From Chloropicon primus (Eukaryota): a stretch of 64,000 nt of DNA. Where the stretch lies: assembly GCA_023205875.1 (NCBI GenBank), contig CP060756.1, positions 992,001 to 1,056,000 on the forward strand, given 5' to 3'. The translations under genes and the position numbers were made by a program. Below are positions 53,764 to 64,000 of this stretch, one piece after another. Positions within the stretch are counted from its first letter, which is position 1. Each line of letters opens with the position of its first letter. The notes below the pieces were generated by a model that saw only the letters and a list, made by a program, of their open reading frames with translations, did not search any database and was not told the origin of the DNA.

Positions 53764-55290
53764 CTACTTCAATAGCTCGCTCCAACGGGTCCACAGCCGC
53801 TGGTCGAGGTCCGTCCGAAATGCGTGCCATTCTTCCAGTACATCCTTCGTCACCTCGTTCCACCTCACACGTGATAAGCCTTCTTTCATCTTTCCAAGAA
53901 TGTCCTCTGCCTCTTCAGGAGCATCTCTCTTCCTTCTCTTGAAGCTCTCCAAGATAGCCTCGCCGCAATCCTCGTCCGCTTGGTTTGCCGTCGTGGAGGG
54001 GACAGCAGCCGGGTCTGGAGCGGTACGGGCACCCGCCTCAAGCTGGCCGTCGGCCTCCTCGGACGCCGTCGGATCCACACAAAGCTCGTTCACTTGGCTG
54101 CGGGAGGGCAACTCAAACGCCGCTGACTTCCCGCCCCTCCTCCTTTGCTCGTTCAGATCAGATTCTGAACCCCGCTTACTGCCCACCACCACCCCGTCTT
54201 GCGCTGGCCGCTCCACATCTTTTGTTGCGGTCTCGGGTTTCGCTCCCCCGGCCTCGTCCTCCTCGGCCTCGGCCTTGGGCTCCTGGGTATCGTCAATGAA
54301 TGCGAAAGCAAACTCCGCCGTCGGGGCAGGCAATGCTGCCCCCACACCAGTGCCATCAGCTCCCTCACTCTCTGTGATGGTTGAGAGGTTCACCTTCGTT
54401 CGAGCGGCCCTCAGAGGATTCCGCATCTTCAAGCACCCTTCCGTTGCCCTGGATGCAGCGAAGGCGTCCAGGACCCCGAGAGTCTCACCGTCCAAATCCA
54501 TGAGCCACAGTGAATCCGCAAGAAGCTCCAGGGTCTCACTCCACTCGCAGATCTTCCCACGCAACTCGTCTGGAAGTGGCGTCCGCAGAAAAATGTTGAT
54601 CCACGCGAGCGTCGCGCGAGAGGAAAGGCCATTGTCTCTCCTCAACAAGGCGTACCTTCCTTGGACAAAGGGCTTGTTGACAAGCTGGGCGAACTTGTCC
54701 CTTTTCTCGGGCTCATCAGTAGGCACATAAAAGGAGTCCCTCCTTGCCCACTCGGAGCATAACTGCTCCCAAGCTCCGATCGACTCGCCCCTGTATTCTA
54801 CATCAGGGTGGGCGAAGAGGTGCACGATGTGCTGCAGCACGGCGTTGAACAGCCAGACCGTCCTGGACCTCGCGCTCTTGGAAAGCTCAATCGCGTACAC
54901 CTTCCAAGAGTCGAGATACGTGGCCACGACCTCCAGCGACATGTCGGCCTCGACCAACGCCCAGGCAACCACTAGAATATGCTTGAAGGCTTCTCTGGCG
55001 AACTGGTTGCCTTCGCATAAAACGACGGCCCCTCGCCCATCCTCGAGCACCTTGTCGAGGACGCACGGCAAGGGGACCGACAAGTCCACTCCCAGGCGCT
55101 GAAGTACCGCCTTTCTCCGCTCGCCCGCGTCCTCCCGCGCCCCGAACGCGAAGTCGGGTCCGAGCCTCTCAGCGAGTCTCCCGTAAAACCTTCTCAAGGC
55201 CACCTCCAACTTGGATTCACACGAGGTCAGAACCTCGTCTCGCGCCTCCCAATCCCAAGACGGAGGCTCGTCCGTCCCCACCGTCCCCAT
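53764..55290 (-). CDS. Hypothetical protein (508 aa; helical N-terminal half, low-complexity acidic region, small C-terminal domain)
   Basis: Long ATG-initiated ORF filling the gap between neighbouring genes; no family recognised. Confidence 0.7.
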   Translation of the reverse strand: MGTVGTDEPPSWDWEARDEVLTSCESKLEVALRRFYGRLAERLGPDFAFGAREDAGERRKAVLQRLGVDLSVPLPCVLDKVLEDGRGAVVLCEGNQFAREAFKHILVVAWALVEADMSLEVVATYLDSWKVYAIELSKSARSRTVWLFNAVLQHIVHLFAHPDVEYRGESIGAWEQLCSEWARRDSFYVPTDEPEKRDKFAQLVNKPFVQGRYALLRRDNGLSSRATLAWINIFLRTPLPDELRGKICEWSETLELLADSLWLMDLDGETLGVLDAFAASRATEGCLKMRNPLRAARTKVNLSTITESEGADGTGVGAALPAPTAEFAFAFIDDTQEPKAEAEEDEAGGAKPETATKDVERPAQDGVVVGSKRGSESDLNEQRRRGGKSAAFELPSRSQVNELCVDPTASEEADGQLEAGARTAPDPAAVPSTTANQADEDCGEAILESFKRRKRDAPEEAEDILGKMKEGLSRVRWNEVTKDVLEEWHAFRTDLDQRLWTRWSELLK

Positions 55291-55669
55291 ACTAAAAACC
55301 TGCCATAGATCTCACCCTCCAAAACCGGCAGCGATCCTCGTCCAGAACCCCCACATGTCTCCCCCTCGTCCCCCTTTTAACCGTTCGGTGATCCCATGGA
55401 CACTGTTTGACTCAAAATCTGGAAGGGGTACTAACCAGCGAGTTTGACCCAAGGCCGAGGACGGCACGGTGGATACGGAGACCTGCCGAGGACGGAGTGG
55501 ACGGGAGTGCGACTTGGTTATCTTCGTGTCCGCATTTGTGGCGTGACCCCGTGTTTTTCGACGAAGAGCGACGGAGAGGACAATGGAAAGGCTGTGTCGG
55601 TGACAATTTGATTTATTGGTTGTTTGAGGTTTAGGTGTGGTGCAGGAAAGAAAGAGGACGGTGAGAGGA

Positions 55670-57682
55670 ATGACGACTCAGGTGGAGAACAATGGGGTGG
55701 AGGGCATGATAAACAGGAAGCTGTCGAGGCGGCTTTACTGGTCCCAGCTGAGGTACTGCCAGCTCCAGGGTCAGAGCCCGTACAGCCAGAGGCCGGTGTC
55801 AGCCCCGAGCAGAATCGCTTTGAATACCTATGCCGGTGCGGAGCCCGTGCAGTTCTACCAGGAGGTCAGGAGGAGGGCCAGGAACTTCATGTCCAAGGAG
55901 GAGCTGGAATACATACGGAAGGCGAGGTCGACTTTCCGGAACAGGCGCGAGTTGGAGGTGAAGACGTACAAGAGACCCCTCGAGGCTCTCAGCTTCCTGG
56001 AGAACAAAGGAACTTCTGGGACCTCCATCAAGCAGCTGATCGAGAAGATCGCGAGGCGACGGGCGAGGAGCCAAATAGCTTTCGAGATCGAAAAGAAAAA
56101 ACTGGAGTTTCTGGACCCCAAGGAGATTCTTTCGATCATCAACAAGGAGTACAGAAACGAGCTCGCCTCGAACTTGGTGCGGGGGTACACCCAAGGGTAC
56201 TCGTACGAGGAGCACATGGGGGAGACCAGCGTGGAGACCCCGAGCATGGCTTGGTCCGAGAGCACGCCCGCGCCCCGGAGGAAGAAGCTGGAGATAAAGG
56301 AGTCTGAGAGGCAGGAGAGCAGCACGAACAGCAAGAAGAAGCAGGAGAGGCCAGTCGTGTCGCCCAGCCGAAGATGCCTCTGGCTTGACGGCATCCGTGG
56401 AAGGGACGTTGTGTCGGCTCGCAGGGGCCTGATGGAAGGCCAGTACTGGGACGACTCCTCCGAGAACGTGCAGCCGCTGGACATCCAGAGCAAGTACCTT
56501 AGGATTTGTTCTGATCTGGGCACGAGGCCCTTGTCCATGGTGCTGCCGCAGCTCAAGGGCGACAGCATTGAGATCAGGTACGCTTCTTTGTCTGAAAGGG
56601 AGGCCAAGGCCCTGGCCATGCTGTTCAAGTTCCACCAGAAGTTCAAGTCCCTAGTGTTGTCAAAGTCCCGCGTGAAGACGGAGAGCATGGCCACGCTCAT
56701 ACAGAGCTTGAAATCCTCGAGCTTGGACCAGATCGAGCTCTCCGGTAACAAGCTGAATCACAGGCTGTGCCAGAGCTTCGAGCGGTTTTCCAAGTTCGTG
56801 ACCAACCTGTCTCATCTGGACCTGTCGAACAACAACTTGCAAGACCGGGGAGTTTCACTCCTGGTGAAGAACTTCAAGGACCACAACAGTCTCAAGTCCC
56901 TGAAATTGAGCAACGTGCAGATGACCTTGCCGGGGGCGAAGCAGATCGGCATCCTCCTGGAGAATAGCCCGCAACTCGCCGAGCTTGACATCTCCCTGAA
57001 CTCTATCACAGAGAAGGGCGCAAGCTTTGTTGCCGCTGGCTTGGGTTCCAGCCACTCGGTCACGAACGTGAAGCTTGCCAGGACAGGCATAAGCGACAAG
57101 GGTGTCGTGGCCGTGACCTCCGCTTGCATCGACAGGGAGGAGGACCTGTGCATCGACCTCTCTGGGTGCAATTTCCAATCCATTGCCTGCTTGTTCTTGG
57201 CTTCCCTTGTGTCTGCAATGAATGGAAAGACGTCCAAGTTGAAGCTGATCTTGAACAGCACCATCTTCAGTGGCGTGGGGGGGGAGTGCCTGCTGAGGGA
57301 GTCTGCCCTAGCCGACAACACCGTGATCGTCGCCGACAAGAGCAGGCTGCTGACCCTCGAGAAGACCTCAAAGATCACCGTAGACCTCTCGAGCAAGGCT
57401 GGCAAGTTCGCCGCGAAGGTCTTGCTCAATCACGAGAAAGAGGGGGAGGAACTTGGGTTGAAGACCAGCACGATTCAGAAAATTTTCTCGGAGAAGCTTG
57501 CGGACTGGAATCTGCAGGACAAGCCCGAAGTGCCGAACAAGGATATCCTGACCAAGTGCATGGATTCCCTGTCTGGTGACCACAGGGACGTTGTGAAGCT
57601 CGAGGTCGGCGTCATCGGCAAGCTCGAGAACCAGATCAAAGCAAGCATTTGCGCCACCAGGCCCATGTCTGCACTCTCGTAA
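55670..57682 (+). CDS. RNI-like leucine-rich repeat protein (LRRC74-like cap)
   Basis: LxxLxLSxN repeats (LSHLDLSNNNL, LAELDISLNSI), preceded by YLRICSDLGTRPLS...AKALA. Confidence 0.78.
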   Translation: MTTQVENNGVEGMINRKLSRRLYWSQLRYCQLQGQSPYSQRPVSAPSRIALNTYAGAEPVQFYQEVRRRARNFMSKEELEYIRKARSTFRNRRELEVKTYKRPLEALSFLENKGTSGTSIKQLIEKIARRRARSQIAFEIEKKKLEFLDPKEILSIINKEYRNELASNLVRGYTQGYSYEEHMGETSVETPSMAWSESTPAPRRKKLEIKESERQESSTNSKKKQERPVVSPSRRCLWLDGIRGRDVVSARRGLMEGQYWDDSSENVQPLDIQSKYLRICSDLGTRPLSMVLPQLKGDSIEIRYASLSEREAKALAMLFKFHQKFKSLVLSKSRVKTESMATLIQSLKSSSLDQIELSGNKLNHRLCQSFERFSKFVTNLSHLDLSNNNLQDRGVSLLVKNFKDHNSLKSLKLSNVQMTLPGAKQIGILLENSPQLAELDISLNSITEKGASFVAAGLGSSHSVTNVKLARTGISDKGVVAVTSACIDREEDLCIDLSGCNFQSIACLFLASLVSAMNGKTSKLKLILNSTIFSGVGGECLLRESALADNTVIVADKSRLLTLEKTSKITVDLSSKAGKFAAKVLLNHEKEGEELGLKTSTIQKIFSEKLADWNLQDKPEVPNKDILTKCMDSLSGDHRDVVKLEVGVIGKLENQIKASICATRPMSALS

Positions 57683-57881
57683 ATGTTAACCCATATCTCT
57701 CTGTAAACCAACCAAACGTAAGCAAGACAATCCCGCATCACCTGCAGGTGGTCAAGTTCAAGTTCCCCTCGAGGTCCCCCGGTCCCCCCACACAATCTTC
57801 ATCCATTCCCCCCAAAGTTCATAGTTCTGCTGGAATTCGCATCCAGTCGAGAAGAGGGACGCCGATCAGAAAGGACTAGAT

Positions 57882-58666
57882 ATGGCCGACAACAACCCAG
57901 ACCTGGCGGAGGGAGAGGAGGAGGTGCAGCCTCTTACCCCTGAGGTGGTGGAGTACGAGCCCGTGACCGGAATGCCACCGGAGTTTTGCGAGTATCTCCC
58001 CAAGGAAGACTTCCTGAAAGCCCTCCCATGGCTTGCTGAAAACCGTGATTTAGGTGAGTGTGGTATGCGCGGAAAGGGAAAGGGGTCCCACGTCCCCGCG
58101 GCTCTGTCGCTCCAGGGTCGTGCTCCCTGCCGATCACTCTCGGTTCCGCATCGCGTGCTGACCAAGCTTCGACCTCGCGTGTTCATCCTCCCTGGTTTCG
58201 CTCGCCAAAAAAAGAATGGCTGCAAGCCAATTGCAAGAAGTACAAGGGATACGACAAAGTGTTCGAGTCTGCAGAGACTTTGGAGGAGAAGCTCAAGAAT
58301 CTTAGCGTGGAGCCACCGAAGGCGGAAAAGGAGGGAAAGCTCCTTCCCGGAGGCAAGAAGAAGAAGAGCAAGGCGCTGGAAATCCTTATAGAAAGGTCGG
58401 TCAGGAACAAGCGAAAGTGCATCACCTCGGTGACTGGTCTGGACGTTTTCGGAATCAAGCTGGCAGAGGCTGCGAAGCTTATGGGAAAGAAATTTGCCAG
58501 CGGGTGCTCGGTGGTGAAGCACCCGACAGGGGTGTCCATGATTGAGACTCAGGGTGACTTCCAGTATGAGATTGCCGAGCTCGTCATGAAAAAGTACAAG
58601 GATAAGGATATCAAGGAGGAGCACTTCTTTTCCGTCGTGAAGCAGAAGAAGTCCCCGCTCTTCTGA
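57882..58666 (+). CDS. DENR: Density-regulated protein DENR/TMA22 (SUI1 domain) (intron 58054-58214)
   Basis: V.Y..VTGMPPEFCEY; RNKRKCITSVTGL..FGIKL.EAAK..GKKFASGCSVVK; QGD. Confidence 0.9.
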
Positions 58667-58739
58667 TCGTGGTGCTTGACATGTTGCGCGTTAAGTGAAT
58701 TCATGAATTACAATAAATGACAATATTCTGAGCAGGGCT

Positions 58740-60524
58740 TCATTTGGTGAACCTGTACTGGGCGAACTTCAGACCCACGACGCCGGGGTTCGTCCTCGCA
58801 AAAATATTCTTCTTCTTCCTCGGAGACCTCCTCACAGGCTGATGGCTGGCAGTAGGAGGTTGGAACTGCTGACTGCACACGACGTCGCTCTTCATCACTT
58901 TGTGCATCTTTCTTGGGGGCGACAACAGTTCCTCCTTCGTTCTCGCCGCGCCCGCGCCACTTGGTGCCTCCTTCAGGGTGTACTTTCCGAAATCCATCGA
59001 GGCGTGGCTCACGGCCCTCTTCGCCTCAATAACGGTTTTCCTCAGGTAGTTCCCCTGGTTCGCCTGGCTCTGAGCGGGGGGCAAGCTCACGCTCTTCCTC
59101 TTCAGAGAAGCATCACCACCACCCTCGTTGTTGGTCGCGCTCTGGAAGTACTTGCTCCCTATCACCTTCTCCTTCTTGTTCATCATGACGTCCAAGCTCA
59201 AACGCTTTGCGATGCCTTCCCGACCAGCGAGTCTGGGCGGAATGAAGTCCTGCAGAGCTCCCTTGCTCGCAGAGACGGAGGTGGTAGTCAGGTAGTAGTC
59301 ACCCATCCGCTTCATGCTGTGCGGCTGCACCGCCCGGAAGCCGGACGGTTTGGCATTCTCTCTCTTCCCCTTTATCCGTGGAGACGACCGTCTCGCGAAG
59401 TGAGGCTCTTGCTGCAGCGGTTCAAAGCGCTTGAAGGTGCTGGGGTGAACGTCTCCCTCTGCGATCATCCTCGCCAGGGTGTTGGAGTGGTGAGGTCCCA
59501 GAAAGTCGAGGTCTTCCAGGTCCAAACTCTCGCTGGTTCCTGCGGTCGGCGTCGCCTCGACGCTTCCCGAATCAAAGGACGACCTCACTTCCCTACCAGC
59601 ACCGCCCTGCTCGGGTTCCTCCTCCGCTCCCTTTGGCGGGATTGGACTCAGGTGTCTCAAGCTCCTGGACGTTGGGTCGTAGACGGTCTGGTGCTGAAAT
59701 ACCATCAGAGCCCGCTTGAAGTCCTCCTTGTAAGTCTCCGGAACCTTGTAGCTGCTGTACTTGAGCCTCTTTATCACCGACTCGTGCCTCCTGAGCTTCC
59801 TCATGAAGTCGTACGCCTTCTTCATCCCGACGTTTGGCACGTTCGCCAAAAAGTCACAACCCGCAAAGATGCACATCTCCGTAAACATGGTCCGCGTGAA
59901 GCCGGTGAAAGTTGAGGACCGCATCACCTCCCCCATCGACACCTGCTCGACGTACCCATCCCTGCCGAGTTTGAAGAGGACCTCCGGGCAGCCGTAGGCC
60001 AGGAGATCGGAGTCCTCCGTCATAACCAGGTCAACCTTGCCGTTCTGAGCGAGGAAGGCCATCTGGGAGTCCGCCTCGTACGGCGCCACGATGAACTCGA
60101 TCCCCTTCCGCTTAAGCGCCTCGATCACGTTCTTGGCGTGCCTCGGGCTGATGTTCACGGCCCTCTGGAAGAATTCCTCGGCCGCCCTAGGCTTTCCCTG
60201 GGCAAGCAGAGCCTTCCCCTTCTCGAAGTTCTGCCTCTTGGCGTTCCGGCGGCTCTCGTTCTCATCCTTCTTCATCGGCAGATTCCCACCGTCGAAGACC
60301 ACGAGGGGTTGGAGGCCATGGTTCAGGAGCGTCTGAATCCGCTTGAGGAAGTAGGTGACGTACTTGTCCGTGGGCCTGTTCAGGCACAGGTCCGAGCTGC
60401 AGCAGTAAGCTCCTTTGTGAAGCCAGCTGTACCCATCGATCGCCACCCGCTGCCCCTCGAATTGACTCAGGTGCGTCTTCTTGGTGTGCTGCTTCAGGAA
60501 AGGAAGCAAGCCGCTGATCCCCAT
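58740..60524 (-). CDS. EXO1: Exonuclease 1 (XPG/RAD2 family)
   Basis: MGISGLLPFLK, AIDGYSWLHKGAY.C, VVFDG, VAPYEADSQMAFL, TEDSDLL.YGC, GCDFL and FQHQTVYDP. Confidence 0.95.
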   Translation of the reverse strand: MGISGLLPFLKQHTKKTHLSQFEGQRVAIDGYSWLHKGAYCCSSDLCLNRPTDKYVTYFLKRIQTLLNHGLQPLVVFDGGNLPMKKDENESRRNAKRQNFEKGKALLAQGKPRAAEEFFQRAVNISPRHAKNVIEALKRKGIEFIVAPYEADSQMAFLAQNGKVDLVMTEDSDLLAYGCPEVLFKLGRDGYVEQVSMGEVMRSSTFTGFTRTMFTEMCIFAGCDFLANVPNVGMKKAYDFMRKLRRHESVIKRLKYSSYKVPETYKEDFKRALMVFQHQTVYDPTSRSLRHLSPIPPKGAEEEPEQGGAGREVRSSFDSGSVEATPTAGTSESLDLEDLDFLGPHHSNTLARMIAEGDVHPSTFKRFEPLQQEPHFARRSSPRIKGKRENAKPSGFRAVQPHSMKRMGDYYLTTTSVSASKGALQDFIPPRLAGREGIAKRLSLDVMMNKKEKVIGSKYFQSATNNEGGGDASLKRKSVSLPPAQSQANQGNYLRKTVIEAKRAVSHASMDFGKYTLKEAPSGAGAARTKEELLSPPRKMHKVMKSDVVCSQQFQPPTASHQPVRRSPRKKKNIFARTNPGVVGLKFAQYRFTK

Positions 60525-61193
60525 TGTGTACGAGCCTCGTAGACGAACGAACCGAAACCCCTCCTTTGCGACACACGCGCACACGCGCGCGCGGTCGAAG
60601 CGAAGCGAGCGTCGCCGCCCCCCAAAATTGGATTCGAAGGTCTTCTTCCCCTTCCCCTCCCGAGGAACCCAAACTGGTGGATCGAAAACTGCAAGACCCT
60701 GCCCCTTGCTCGAAGGAATCAACCCCCTTCAACGCGTCCGCGCCATTCCAGTGATGCTACCCCCTCCTCGCTCCCATCTTCCTCCCTTCCCACGGGAGGA
60801 AAAAATAAAAAACAGCAGCCCCTGAAGCAAGCGGCTTTGGAAACGAACAAGAAAACGCGAAACGAAGGCAGCCACCCGGCCGGCGGCAAACGATCGATCG
60901 AGAGGAGAAGCCCAGCCCCCTGCCGAACCGCACGACGTGTCCCTCGTCGTCCTTGCAGCACAACAATTCACTCCTCTCTCTCTGCCTCCTGCGATGCGCC
61001 AGCACCGACAGATTTCGCTTTCCCGCCCACCCGCACCGGAAATTTCCATCAGTTTTGAAAAACCCTCGAAGAAAAAACCGCCGTCCGTCTCGAGGCTCGT
61101 GTAACTGTAACGGGCGGCGACGAGTGGCGAGTGGCGAGGAGGGGTGCGTGCGAGGGGCGAGTAAGGGTTCTAGGGGTTCTCTGCCTTGTGTTG

Positions 61194-61229
<36 letters not shown>

Positions 61230-61305
61230 TGTTCAGCTTTCGACCTCCTGCCGAGCACTTGGAGCGGGCGGGCGCTTCGTGTGTCACACGGTGTGTGTGT
61301 GTGTC

Positions 61306-62622
61306 ATGTCCGGACGAGGGGGCGGAGGGGTGAACGAAGCGAGGACGACGATGGACGCGGCGAAGATACACGTGGCTGAGGAGGAGGCCCGGGACGCGAA
61401 CGGGGCGACGCACGCGTTCAACATCGAGTCGGCGGAGGGGAATGGCCACGTCCAGGTCGCGGGCGAGGAGGGGGAGATTTACCCCGACAAGCGCGGGAAG
61501 ACGATGTTCGACAGGTACTACTTGAACTCGGGGAAGGCGGTTCCCCCGTATGTGGGCATGGCCGACAAGTCCCCGGCGGTGACTTGGGTGGAGCTCTTCG
61601 CCCAGCAGCAGCTCCCGGCGTGGCGACCCGTGATCACGCCGGCCCAAGTGGTTCTCACCCTGGTGTGCATCGGCGTCGCCATGCTCGCGATCGGCATCGG
61701 GTGCACGGTGTCCACGATGGGCGTGGTGGAGCAGAAGGCGAGCTACAGCGACGAGCCGCCCCCGAACTCGCTGACCGACTTCACCGACCAGCAGAAGTCC
61801 AGGTTCTTGCAGGAGAACGGGGGCTACAACGTCACGGTGTCTCTCCCGATCGTGGAGGACATGGAGCCCCCCGTGTACGTGTACTACGAGCTCACCAAGT
61901 TCTTCCAGAACAACAGGAGGTACGTCAGGAGCGTGAGCTCGCAGCAGCTCGCGGGAATCGCGGTGCCCCTGGAGAGCTTGAAGACGACCTGCGAACCGAT
62001 GCTGTACGTCACGGGCCAGCCGAACGATTCGTATCCCGCGGACGGGCTGGTCACGCCCTGCGGTCTCCAGGCCTGGTCCTTCTTCAACGACACCTTCTCG
62101 TTCCGGAAGTTCACGAGCCAGCAGCTCTCGGCGAACGAGTCGACTCCGCTCCCCGTGGACAGCAGCAAGATCTCTTGGCCAACCGACGCTTCCTTTCTGT
62201 ACGGCAACGTCACGGCGGAGAACTTCAATGTTTACCCCCAGTACAGGGGCGGCGGAACCGTGACCAAGCCGCTGAACGAGGAGGAGCACTTCATGGTCTG
62301 GATGAGGCTTGCCGCGAAGCCGAGCTTCTGGAAATTGTGGGGTGTCGTGAACGAGAAGCTGGAAAAGGGGGACACGGTGGAGGTGAACATACTCAACCAG
62401 TACAATACCTACGAGTTCGGGGGAACGAAGAGCATCGTCCTCTCCACCAACTCGTGGCTGGGAAACAAGAACTACTTTCTGGGCGTGGTCTACATCGCGA
62501 TCGGAGGGATATTCGTCGTCGTTGGAATCGTGTTTCAGATCGCTTACTGGGCGAGGCCGAGAAGGTTTGGTGACCACAAACACCTGTCCTGGAACAAGAG
62601 CTCGAGCCTTCGAGCGCATTGA
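61306..62622 (+). CDS. CDC50/LEM3 (ALIS) flippase beta subunit
   Basis: F.QQQLPAWRPVITP, PPVYVYYELT.FFQN.RRYV.S, PCGL.AWS.FNDTF, EHFMVWMR.AA.P.F.KLWG and SWLG.KN.FLG. Confidence 0.95.
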   Translation: MSGRGGGGVNEARTTMDAAKIHVAEEEARDANGATHAFNIESAEGNGHVQVAGEEGEIYPDKRGKTMFDRYYLNSGKAVPPYVGMADKSPAVTWVELFAQQQLPAWRPVITPAQVVLTLVCIGVAMLAIGIGCTVSTMGVVEQKASYSDEPPPNSLTDFTDQQKSRFLQENGGYNVTVSLPIVEDMEPPVYVYYELTKFFQNNRRYVRSVSSQQLAGIAVPLESLKTTCEPMLYVTGQPNDSYPADGLVTPCGLQAWSFFNDTFSFRKFTSQQLSANESTPLPVDSSKISWPTDASFLYGNVTAENFNVYPQYRGGGTVTKPLNEEEHFMVWMRLAAKPSFWKLWGVVNEKLEKGDTVEVNILNQYNTYEFGGTKSIVLSTNSWLGNKNYFLGVVYIAIGGIFVVVGIVFQIAYWARPRRFGDHKHLSWNKSSSLRAH

Positions 62623-62692
62623 GCGCGAAGGGAAAGACGCGCTCCCCACATGTAATTTACTCTTTTGCTGTACACTTTTTGGTTTGGCGGCG

Positions 62693-63369
62693 TTAAAGCT
62701 CGATCCCCAAGTCCTCGTAGATCCCGTAGACGTGGCTGAGGATCGGTTCGGTGACCTCGACCAGTCGGATCGCGGGCCCCCGCGCGCTCTCCTCGGTCTC
62801 CCCGATCTTCTTCAAGAAGGCCTCCCTGCTCGGCAAGAGGTACATTCCAGCAGCAACGGCTTTCTTCACAACCCACTCCAGGTAGTACTCTGAGCTCGAA
62901 CTCGTCAGGACACCGGCACGGCTAAAACGATCGACGGGATTCACTCACCTATGGACTCCTTGAAGGCCTTCTGGGCGCTTACGCGAAGATGCTCCTCGTT
63001 GCCCTCCCTGAGCGTGTCCTTCAGGAGAAGGTTCAGGAACTTCAAGCTGTTCGTGATCCTGTGCAAGGGCCGGGACACGGCCTCAGGGTCGCGACCCGCC
63101 AAAGCTCTCCCCGCCTTGAAGTCCTCCCCGACAGCCTCCTTGATTGTCTTCCCCTTGCCCGAGCAGCTCGCCAGGATGTGCTTCGCCTTGTCCTGGATAT
63201 CCTTTTTGGCGAAACCAAAGACGCTCCCAAGCGAGTCGAAAACCAGGGGAATCAGCTCCAGGGCTCTCACGTAAGCCTCCAAATCGATGCCGCCACTCGA
63301 CTCGAGCTCCTCCTTGCACCCCTCGAACGCCTTCACCGCCTTTAGCAACCACCTGTCCTCGTCCTCCAT
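62693..63369 (-). CDS. Glycolipid transfer protein / ACD11-like (intron 62948-62890)
   Basis: F.SLG.VF.FAK.DI..K, SR.L.RI...L.F, WVVKKAVAAGMYLLPSR. Confidence 0.85.
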
Positions 63370-63420
63370 GTTCACGTTCACTGAAGGGGCGCAAGGAAGG
63401 GGAGCCTGAGAGCGAGAGCG

Positions 63421-64000
63421 ATGGCGAACTTGGTCCCGGCGGAGGGGTCGGGAACCGTGGTGGTGCTGGAGGAGGGGGAGGGGCAGGAGGTTGAGCTCGA
63501 CAAGGTGGCGGAGCGATGCCTTCTGCGGAGGGACTTCGCGGAAGCGAGGGACGTGTCCCTCGCTGCATTGGACAACCTGCTGTGCGAGAATCTGGCCAGC
63601 GGGAGCGGCGTGAGACTGGCGTTCGTGCTGGGGCAGAGCCTGTTCGAGCTCGGGGATCTCGCGGGGACGGACAAGACGCACCTGAGGAGGATCTACGGGT
63701 CCTTCAAGTCGATACCGGACGAGGTAGTGGTCCTGTGGGTGGCCCTCCTGGCGGCCAAGGGGGAGGCGGAGACCTTGAGGAGATTCACCGATAGCTACGT
63801 CAAGCTCAACTCCAGCCGCCTCGGGGACGTGGCCGGGGGGACCTTCCTGCAGCTTTACGTCTTCGACGTGCTCTGCGAGGCCTTGGACGAGCCCCAGAGG
63901 GCGAGGGACTGGCTCGCGGGGAACTTGAGGGCGCCAAAGGACCAGAAGACAAAGAGGCGGTTGGAGAAGAGGGTGGATGCCTACGTCAGGGGCCGATCCG
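63421..64000 (+). CDS. APEM9/PEX26-like peroxisomal protein (partial, runs off the window)
   Basis: Open frame from ATG 63421; AERCLLRRDFAEA, FVLGQSLFELG, YGSFKSIP.EV and LYVFDVL...A..W resemble plant APEM9; not listed in the ORF track because it has no stop. Confidence 0.55.
   Translation, partial: MANLVPAEGSGTVVVLEEGEGQEVELDKVAERCLLRRDFAEARDVSLAALDNLLCENLASGSGVRLAFVLGQSLFELGDLAGTDKTHLRRIYGSFKSIPDEVVVLWVALLAAKGEAETLRRFTDSYVKLNSSRLGDVAGGTFLQLYVFDVLCEALDEPQRARDWLAGNLRAPKDQKTKRRLEKRVDAYVRGRS

Noticed and set aside
1..64000. Prokaryotic origin or bacterial contamination (M23, ADC, Clp, FTHFS and NNT look bacterial-like)
   Set aside because: Spliceosomal introns, targeting peptides and interleaved eukaryote-specific genes show this is an algal nuclear chromosome

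Overview
This is gene-dense, GC-rich eukaryotic nuclear DNA from a green microalga. The compact intergenic regions, few short GT-AG introns, TGTAA-type poly(A) signals, plastid-targeted genes and CCTAAAA repeats are consistent with a Chloropicon-like picochlorophyte; the taxon is an inference. About 40 protein-coding genes are recognisable, mostly housekeeping: PWI splicing factor, TMEM216-like, ClpD, DBP7, MED21, NNT, PiT, transportin-SR, USP, BI-1/LFG, DPM2, PET191, ISE2-like helicase, OEP24, PPI, FTHFS, GapA, TOM2A, ADC, ZW10, MAF1, AP2 sigma, WDR18, DENR, EXO1, CDC50, GLTP and APEM9. Standouts: (1) an unexplained ~340-nt cluster of perfect and near-perfect hairpins between MAF1 and AP2 sigma, a candidate structured ncRNA or ssDNA/non-autonomous mobile element; (2) a recent tandem duplication of a secreted protein with a land-plant-like 8-cysteine motif, where one copy has two separately expanded minisatellites; (3) a GTPase-less dynamin (DRP2-like) placed head-to-head with AP2 sigma; (4) a bacterial-type M23 peptidoglycan peptidase; (5) a likely bicistronic PET191-DPM2 pair; (6) HD-Zip-like and cilia-related genes. 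All family assignments come from motif recognition by eye; no database searches were run.
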